64,000 bases of DNA. Source: Spirochaetota bacterium. Its GTDB lineage: Bacteria; Spirochaetota; GWB1-36-13; JAKPDD01. The translations under genes and the position numbers were made by a program. The notes beneath the pieces are model-generated. The model was not told where the DNA came from. It did no database searches and saw only the letters and a program-made list of their open reading frames with translations. How positions within the stretch are numbered: the stretch's first letter is position 1; each line of letters starts with the position of its first letter. Where the stretch lies: NCBI GenBank assembly GCA_029552945.1, contig JAKPDD010000043.1, forward strand, positions 6,516-70,515, written 5' to 3'. This document shows positions 57,641 through 64,000 of this stretch, one piece after another.

Positions 57641-60130
57641 TTATAGACTAAATTCTAATTTTAAATTAAATTTTACATTATGTTCTAAGCTTTCTTTATC
57701 AGGTATCAATACAGGTTTTTCAACAGTTGTGATTATCCTTGATGTATCTGAAATATCAAATGCTAATCCAGCTGTCAGTAAAGAGATTTCAATATAGTTT
57801 CTATTAATACTATCAGTAATATCTGTAACATTTGAATATTCACTAAATTTTATGGACTTTTCAATAAAAGTTTTTAATCCAATTTTTGGCATTAATACAA
57901 AACTTATACCATATAGATTAAACATTGTTACCTGAGAGTTTATTCCTATATATAATTCTTTAAGATTTATATTAAGGGTTTTAGTCGTAGCATACTCTTG
58001 CCATGATTCTCCATGAGTAAATTGAGTATACATTATATCAAACCCTAAACCTATCCTTTTATTTATGTAATATGTTATTCCTATCCCACCCCCAAGTGAT
58101 TGCAAGCTCTCACTACCAGTATAGGTTCCCTCTAAATCAATTCTTATTTTCAAAAATGAGTATTCTGCAATTAAAGATGTCCATATGTTTTCACTGTATT
58201 TTTTATCTAGAATATTGAATTTTTCATCAGACCAGAAATAATATTTTGCAAAAATATCAACACTGTTTAGATTTAAAGGTGTATAGGTTTTTATAGTATA
58301 CCCTGTAGTTTTATTTTTATATTCAATTCCTGAACCATAGTATCCAAAATTAATTCCAATATTTAAGTTGTCAATTATATCATATCCTAATCCTAATTTC
58401 ATCATGACATTTGGTGCTTTTTGTTGGAAGTCTTTTTTATTTTCAATGGGAAAATTGAATTCAAGTGAGTCTGTTAAAAATAGGTTGCCTATTGGATAAA
58501 ATTTAAAACCTATTATGATTGAAGGTATCAATTGATAATATCTTGTATTTTCACCTAATAATTCATGTATTGATATCTGATTTATATTAAAATATACTCC
58601 ATAAATACTCCATATGTCTCTATATATTCTTCTTTCATATGTTAATCCTAAACCTGTAAATGAGTGTTTATCTAAAGAATATACAGTAATTATCTCCTCT
58701 TTTTTTGGTGTATACTCTCCTACTCTGGTTTCGATAGCAAGTCTATCAAAGTTTATTTTTTCTATATTAGAAACTATTCTTTCAAACTCGTTTTTTTCTT
58801 TTTCTATTTCTTCTCTGATTTCTTTCGTTGCAAAAGTTATATATTTATATTTATTGTCAATATAGTCCAGATCCTTAATTACGTCATTGTAATACTCATA
58901 AAAATCATCGTAATATTCAATATTTTCTATTGCATTTTTCATTTTATTATAGTTTTTAGATATTGATTTCTTTATTACACTTTTTAAGTTATTCCTGTTT
59001 TCGTCTTTAAGAATAGGATTTTCTATATTTTCTATATTTTCTATTTTGTTATAATTATCTATAAACTCACTTACCTGATTAAACCTTGATATTATGTTTT
59101 CTTCTTTTTCTTCTTTATCAAAAGCCAGTTGTTTTTCTATATAATTATTTATGATAGTCTTGATTTTTAAGTCAATATAATTTATTAATGATTCTTCTTT
59201 TATCTCCTCTTTTATATCTTGTATAAGTTTTCCTTCTCCTTTTTTACTCAAACTTATTGTTTTGAAGTCTTCAAGTCTTGAATAGTTTAAAAGATTCTTT
59301 TCTATTATAGCAATTATCTGGTCTAGACTGTAGAAAAACTCTTTAGTAAGGGGCATCACTATATTTGCTTCTATAAGTTTTTTATCCAGAAAAGAATCAA
59401 CTATATACATGTTAAAAGATATTACCTCTTCATTTACTTTCTTATATTCACCTGTTAATATAAAGTCTATGTTTTTTGTTTTTGCTTCGTTCAAAACTTT
59501 TTCCCATTCTCCTGTAAATATTTTTTCTTGAATATTAATAACTCTTTTTCTTTCAAGAAGGTTTAACAGGTTATCTATTATAATTTGTTGAAAGTCAAAA
59601 TCTATGCTTGGATCTTTTTTAAATGCATAAAATCCTATACTCTTTTTTCTCTTTTTGTCTTTTTCTATCTGATTAGCAAAATTAGGATTAAGGTTTTCTA
59701 TCTTTTTTGATAATTTATCTTTTAAATATTTATCTATATTTCCATTTATTATGTAATCAATGTAAGGAACTTTATTGATCCCTTTTGCTTTAGCAATATT
59801 TTTTATTTCTATGTATTTTAATACTGAATCTTGAGTTTTTATGTTTTCTAAGTTTCTTGCTTCTATTATATAGTTTGTAATATCTTTTATTGCCATTAAA
59901 AAATTTATGTCTGATATAGTTTCCTGGATAATCTGTTTAATTGATTTATCAAGTGAATCTAATTTTTCACCTTTTAACTCTTCTTTTAAATTGTTGTATA
60001 TAGATAGTGCTTCGGTATATTTTGATTCAAAAAAAAGTTTATTAGCTTCCTCAAACTTTTTAAACCCTTCTTCACTTATTGAATAGATTAGTATTGGTAT
60101 AAATATTATAATTTTTAAACCCTTCTTCAC
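57641..60130 (-). CDS. large exported protein with C-terminal beta-barrel-like domain (hypothetical); 5' end disrupted by a 55-bp duplication
   Basis: The 829-aa ORF is tracked from the GTG at 60130, which has no RBS. A better ATG at 60188 with an AGAGG RBS is out of frame only because of the tandem duplication. The C-terminal ~350 aa has alternating beta-strand patterns. Confidence 0.6.
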   Translation of the reverse strand: MKKGLKIIIFIPILIYSISEEGFKKFEEANKLFFESKYTEALSIYNNLKEELKGEKLDSLDKSIKQIIQETISDINFLMAIKDITNYIIEARNLENIKTQDSVLKYIEIKNIAKAKGINKVPYIDYIINGNIDKYLKDKLSKKIENLNPNFANQIEKDKKRKKSIGFYAFKKDPSIDFDFQQIIIDNLLNLLERKRVINIQEKIFTGEWEKVLNEAKTKNIDFILTGEYKKVNEEVISFNMYIVDSFLDKKLIEANIVMPLTKEFFYSLDQIIAIIEKNLLNYSRLEDFKTISLSKKGEGKLIQDIKEEIKEESLINYIDLKIKTIINNYIEKQLAFDKEEKEENIISRFNQVSEFIDNYNKIENIENIENPILKDENRNNLKSVIKKSISKNYNKMKNAIENIEYYDDFYEYYNDVIKDLDYIDNKYKYITFATKEIREEIEKEKNEFERIVSNIEKINFDRLAIETRVGEYTPKKEEIITVYSLDKHSFTGLGLTYERRIYRDIWSIYGVYFNINQISIHELLGENTRYYQLIPSIIIGFKFYPIGNLFLTDSLEFNFPIENKKDFQQKAPNVMMKLGLGYDIIDNLNIGINFGYYGSGIEYKNKTTGYTIKTYTPLNLNSVDIFAKYYFWSDEKFNILDKKYSENIWTSLIAEYSFLKIRIDLEGTYTGSESLQSLGGGIGITYYINKRIGLGFDIMYTQFTHGESWQEYATTKTLNINLKELYIGINSQVTMFNLYGISFVLMPKIGLKTFIEKSIKFSEYSNVTDITDSINRNYIEISLLTAGLAFDISDTSRIITTVEKPVLIPDKESLEHNVKFNLKLEFSL

Positions 60131-60166
60131 TTATTGAATAGATTAGTATTGGTATAAATATTATAA
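60057..60166. repeat. perfect 55-bp tandem duplication (2 copies)
   Basis: 60057-60111 and 60112-60166 are base-for-base identical: ttttaaacccttcttcacttattgaatagattagtattggtataaatattataa. Confidence 0.95.
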
Positions 60167-60326
60167 AATATATAAGGACTTTTTTCATAATTACCTCTTG
60201 ATCTTGATTTCTACAATACAAAATAATAACTAAAAAAATTATCATATATAATTTTTTAAGTATTATCTTAAATTTAATTATTTATTTCTTATAAATTGAC
60301 TAATTATATATTTAAATAGCTTCTTT

Positions 60327-61193
60327 ATGTTTATAAAAATTATAAATATAGTTTTATTATTTTTTTTTACTAATATTTTATTTTCAATAAATATAGTAAA
60401 TGATATTAGGAAGAATATAGAAACAATCTATTCTTTTGGTAAAAGAGATATTTTTTCAAGTGGAAGGGATAAGACCTTTTATTTCTTAAAAAATAAGTTT
60501 AAGTCATATAATTATGATATTAAAGAATATCTATTTTCCTATAATATAAACCATATTAGAATAGAAGGTAAGAATCTTTTTGCCTATAGAGATAATGGTT
60601 CTGATTTTATAATAATTGCTGCCCACTATGATTCAAAGTATTTCAAAGACTTTTCTTTTTTGGGTGCAAACGATAATATTTCAGGTATTGTGGCTACTAT
60701 TGCTATTGCTGGAATTTTAAAGGATAAGTTTGAATTATTAAAAGATATTAGTTTAGGTTTTTTATTTATTGATATGGAGGAATCTATTTTTAGATGGTCT
60801 AGTTCTGACGGGCTTTATGGGAGTAGAAAACAGGTTGATTTATGGACAAAAGATAATTTTATAAAGAGAATAAAGTACTTTATACTCCTTGATATGGTTG
60901 GCGATCCTGATACAGTTTTTTGTAAAGAAGTTAATTCTGATCCTGATCTTACTAATAAGATATGGGAATATGCAAGTAGATTTGGGTATACTTTTTTTAA
61001 AAACTGCTATTCTAATATTGAAGATGACCATATACCATTTATTAAAAGTGGTGTAAAAAGTACTGATATTATTCCATATCCTTTTCCATGGTACTGGCAT
61101 ACACAGTATGATACTATTGACAAAATTAGTCCTGATTTTATAGCCACTATTTCTGTATTTATCTCTAATTTTATATTGAATGAAATTAAATAA
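60327..61193 (+). CDS. M28-family peptidase / glutaminyl-peptide cyclotransferase-like protein
   Basis: Signal peptide plus AAHYDSKYF, GANDNISG, FIDMEE, LLDMVG and EDDHIPF. Confidence 0.75.
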   Translation: MFIKIINIVLLFFFTNILFSINIVNDIRKNIETIYSFGKRDIFSSGRDKTFYFLKNKFKSYNYDIKEYLFSYNINHIRIEGKNLFAYRDNGSDFIIIAAHYDSKYFKDFSFLGANDNISGIVATIAIAGILKDKFELLKDISLGFLFIDMEESIFRWSSSDGLYGSRKQVDLWTKDNFIKRIKYFILLDMVGDPDTVFCKEVNSDPDLTNKIWEYASRFGYTFFKNCYSNIEDDHIPFIKSGVKSTDIIPYPFPWYWHTQYDTIDKISPDFIATISVFISNFILNEIK

Positions 61194-61280
61194 AGTTAAA
61201 ATTTTAAAAAATAAAAATTTGTAATATAAAACAACTAATTATTTTTAAACTCCTGTTTTTTAATATCCGAAAAAGAATGT

Positions 61281-61802
61281 ATGAAAACATTAGTGTTTAT
61301 AGGAAGTCCAAGAAAAAATGGTGTATCTGGTGTACTATTAAATAGACTTGGTTTAAAAGGTTATTGGGTTTATGAGCTTAATATAAGACCGTGTATAGCC
61401 TGTGATTACTGTCAACATAAACCTTTATGTTTTATAGAGGATGATATGATAAGACTGTATAAAGAAATAACTGATGCAGATATTATAGGTATAATAACAC
61501 CTATTTATTTTATGGGGCTACCCTCTCCCCTTAAATCTATTGTTGATAGGCTTCAGGTATTCTATAATAATCCTTTGAGTTCAAAAAAATATGGTTTTGT
61601 GTTTATGATTGGTGAACAGATTAATAAGTCTTTTAAAGAATATTATAGAAAGATGTGGTATTATATATTTAAAAACATAGGAATACAGATATTTGACTTT
61701 TTCCTTTTAGGGAATATTAAAACTTTTTCTGATATTGATATTTATAATGATAATATAGTCCTTGTAAAGAATAGATTGGAGTCTTTATATGAAAACATAT
61801 AA
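61281..61802 (+). CDS. flavodoxin-like NAD(P)H-dependent FMN reductase / iron-sulfur flavoprotein
   Basis: Contains MKTLVFIGSPRKNG, a Cys cluster (CIACDYCQHKPLC) and TPIYFMGLPSPLKSIVDR. Confidence 0.7.
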   Translation: MKTLVFIGSPRKNGVSGVLLNRLGLKGYWVYELNIRPCIACDYCQHKPLCFIEDDMIRLYKEITDADIIGIITPIYFMGLPSPLKSIVDRLQVFYNNPLSSKKYGFVFMIGEQINKSFKEYYRKMWYYIFKNIGIQIFDFFLLGNIKTFSDIDIYNDNIVLVKNRLESLYENI

Positions 61803-62058
61803 GTATATTGTTAAAGGTAGGGTTCAGGGAGTTGGTTTTAGATATTTTATATACAAAAATGCTTTAAGTATTGGGATTAAAGGCACAGTAAAAAATAGAT
61901 TGGATGGTGCTGTTGAAATAATTGCTCAAGGTGATGAGGATAAAATATTAATATTTGAGGGATTTATAAATAGAGGTCCTTCTATGTCAAGAGTTGATAA
62001 GGTTATAAAAGAGGTTATTGATAGTCAACCTTTTAAAGATTTTAACATAGTGGGGTAA
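61789..62058 (+). CDS. acyP: acylphosphatase
   Basis: 89 aa, reading VKGRVQGVGFRYF..GTVKNRLDGAVEIIAQG. Confidence 0.9.
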   Translation: MKTYKYIVKGRVQGVGFRYFIYKNALSIGIKGTVKNRLDGAVEIIAQGDEDKILIFEGFINRGPSMSRVDKVIKEVIDSQPFKDFNIVG

Positions 62059-62060
62059 TC

Positions 62061-62942
62061 ATGAAGTTTATTTTTGTTTTCTATATAAGTATTTTTATAT
62101 ATTTAAATTTATATTCTGAGATTTTAGAATATAAAATTAAAAAAAATGATTCTCTTTTAAGTGTTTGTGCTAATTTTAATGTTGATTGTGATGAATTAAG
62201 GAAGATAAATGATAGTAATATAATATCAAGATTCTGGGAAGGGGATATTATTAAGGTTCCTCTTAATGGTTATAAAATAGAAAGTTACACTGTAAAAAAG
62301 GGGGATACTATTTTTGATCTTGTAAATAAATATAATATTGATATTAATTTATTATATGCTCTTAATGATACGAATATATTAAATAGATTATGGGTTGGAG
62401 ATAGGATATTTATACCTATTAAAACTGAAAATACGGGTTTAAAAAACTCAGATAATAAAATATTACATAAAGTTAAAAAAGGAGAGACTCTTTTTTCTAT
62501 ATCATCTAAATATAATGTATCTTTTAATCAATTACTTAAAAAGTATGGAGAAACTATTTACGAGGGGCAGGTTCTTGAGATTGAAAAAGAGCATAAGAGT
62601 ATAATAGAACCGTTATTGTCATTCTCTAGAAAAAATATAAACTTTTGTTATCCAATTAAGACTTACATTTCAAAATCAAAACAAAATGTTTATTCTCCAA
62701 TTTCCGGAAAAGTTATAGGTATAAGAACACTTAAAGGTTTTGGAAAAGCTGTCTTTATAGAGGACAATAATATTACAACAATACTTACTTCAAAAGGCCT
62801 TAATGTCAGTGTTAAATATGGGGATATTATAAAAAAAGGGGATATTATTGGTGATATAGATAAAAATTATGTCTTATCATTTATAATAGTTGATGATAAT
62901 GAATTTATAACATTAAGAGAATTAATTGATGAACGGTCTTAA
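62061..62942 (+). CDS. NlpD-like protein: three LysM domains plus a degenerate LytM (M23) domain
   Basis: Three Y.VKKGD(S/T)L..I LysM units. The C-terminal SGKVIGIRTLKGFGKAVFIED..GDIIGDID has the LytM fold pattern but lacks the metal-binding His residues. Confidence 0.7.
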   Translation: MKFIFVFYISIFIYLNLYSEILEYKIKKNDSLLSVCANFNVDCDELRKINDSNIISRFWEGDIIKVPLNGYKIESYTVKKGDTIFDLVNKYNIDINLLYALNDTNILNRLWVGDRIFIPIKTENTGLKNSDNKILHKVKKGETLFSISSKYNVSFNQLLKKYGETIYEGQVLEIEKEHKSIIEPLLSFSRKNINFCYPIKTYISKSKQNVYSPISGKVIGIRTLKGFGKAVFIEDNNITTILTSKGLNVSVKYGDIIKKGDIIGDIDKNYVLSFIIVDDNEFITLRELIDERS

Positions 62943-63828
62943 TGAATATTTAAATAAAATAACATCATTTCCCCTTTTATCTCCTAAAGAGGAGAGGAAA
63001 CTTTTTGAAAGATTAAGATACCTTGAAAAAAAGGTTGATACCAATGAAGAACCAGATAATAATAATGAATATGCTAAAGAAATAACAAAAATAAGAAACA
63101 AAATAATAAAAGGTAATTTAAGACTTGTACTTTCAATAGTGAATAAGATAAATAAGTCAAAAAATATAGAAAATATAATAGATCTTTTTGATGAAGGTAC
63201 TATTGGACTTATAGAGGCTGTTGATAAGTTTTCACTTGATGAAAATGTTAAGTTTTCTACGTATGCATACTGGTGGATAAAACAGAGAATAAAAGCAAGT
63301 ATAATAAGTACCCCAAACAGACTATCAGCTCCACTTAGTATTTACAGTCTTGCTTATAGAATAAAAAATTATCTTGAAATCAAAAGAGGTGCAAGCTATG
63401 AAGAGATAGCTGATGATCTGAAGGTTTCTGTTGATAAGGTTAAAAATGCTTTACCATTAATATCAAAATTAAAATATTTAGACCAGCCTGTTGAAGATAA
63501 TGAAGATATTAAGTATTCAGACCTTTTGTATTCAGAATATGATTCTATAAAAGAGAAAGAAAGAGAATGGATTATAGAATTTATTAACGAGTTTCTTGAA
63601 AATAATATTTTCCCATTACTTAAAGAAAATCAGGTTATTGTTATAAAAAATAGATATGGGTTTAATCCGGAAAGAAAAGAATTTACTTTAAAAGAGATCT
63701 CTGAAAAACTTAACTTGTCTATTGAAAGGGTTCGTCAAATTGAAAAAGAAGCTATAATGATTATGCGGGAAATTGAACTTATATATATTCTTAAAGAACT
63801 TCTCTCTTATAATTTAATTTTTATATAA
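62926..63828 (+). CDS. sigma-70-family RNA polymerase sigma factor (group 2 / RpoS-like size and architecture)
   Basis: Region 2 reads GNLRLVLSIVNK..DLFDEGTIGLIEAVDKF..FSTYAYWWIKQRI. Region 4.2 reads LSIERVRQIEKEAI. Confidence 0.85.
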   Translation: MMNGLNEYLNKITSFPLLSPKEERKLFERLRYLEKKVDTNEEPDNNNEYAKEITKIRNKIIKGNLRLVLSIVNKINKSKNIENIIDLFDEGTIGLIEAVDKFSLDENVKFSTYAYWWIKQRIKASIISTPNRLSAPLSIYSLAYRIKNYLEIKRGASYEEIADDLKVSVDKVKNALPLISKLKYLDQPVEDNEDIKYSDLLYSEYDSIKEKEREWIIEFINEFLENNIFPLLKENQVIVIKNRYGFNPERKEFTLKEISEKLNLSIERVRQIEKEAIMIMREIELIYILKELLSYNLIFI

Positions 63829-64000
63829 GATCATGTTTCTTTAATTTTGTTCTTAATGTATTTCTATTTATCTCAAGGTATTCTGCTATTTTAGACTGAT
63901 TATTATCCATTTTTTTTAATAGGAATTTTAAGACCTCTTTTTCTAAAAACTGGTCTATTTTTAAACCTTTTTCAAAAATGATTTCAAATATTTGTTCTAT
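63821..64000 (-). CDS. partial CDS: C-terminal Fis-type HTH, as found at the end of sigma-54 enhancer-binding proteins (5' part outside the window)
   Basis: The minus-strand translation ends ..FLLKKMDNNQSKIAEYLEINRNTLRTKLKKHDLI*. It overlaps the sigma gene end by 8 nt, convergently. Confidence 0.55.
   Translation of the reverse strand: MEQIFEIIFEKGLKIDQFLEKEVLKFLLKKMDNNQSKIAEYLEINRNTLRTKLKKHDLI

Overview
Very AT-rich, densely coding bacterial chromosome segment with about 70 genes on both strands. I saw no rRNA, CRISPR array, transposase or integrase. All calls come from motif recognition in the supplied translations and from reading the DNA by eye; no searches were run. Two FlaA-like flagellar-sheath paralogues, fliS, a P83/100-like coiled-coil exported protein, a Maf/DUF115-like gene and many TPR lipoproteins suggest a spirochaete-like flagellated diderm. 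Housekeeping genes include a phosphohexose mutase, metG, folD, pgeF, lspA, recF, queE, xseB, accB, aminotransferases, lolE/D-like, a Znu/Tro-like metal ABC system, livKHMGF, glnA, acyP, tRNA-Gly(UCC) and an NlpD-like gene followed by a sigma-70-family factor. Six things deserve a second look. (1) The glnA upstream region has a sigma-54-like -24/-12 element and two identical 17-bp 7-3-7 palindromes at about -108 and -140. (2) The Maf/DUF115-like gene has 170 open in-frame codons upstream of its tracked start with no canonical start codon, running in the -1 frame into the end of the preceding 598-aa ORF. (3) A perfect 55-bp tandem duplication separates the RBS and ATG of an 829-aa exported protein from its body. 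(4) A CapA-type metallophosphatase carries a ~540-aa almost acid-free Lys/Phe/Ile/Leu-rich N-terminal region, inside a four-gene operon of unknown function. (5) A chagasin-type inhibitor and a C1 papain-like peptidase form an operon next to the tRNA. (6) An MBL-fold gene is interrupted by a single in-frame TAG. No known defence or secretion system was recognised, and the candidate novel modules are inference only.
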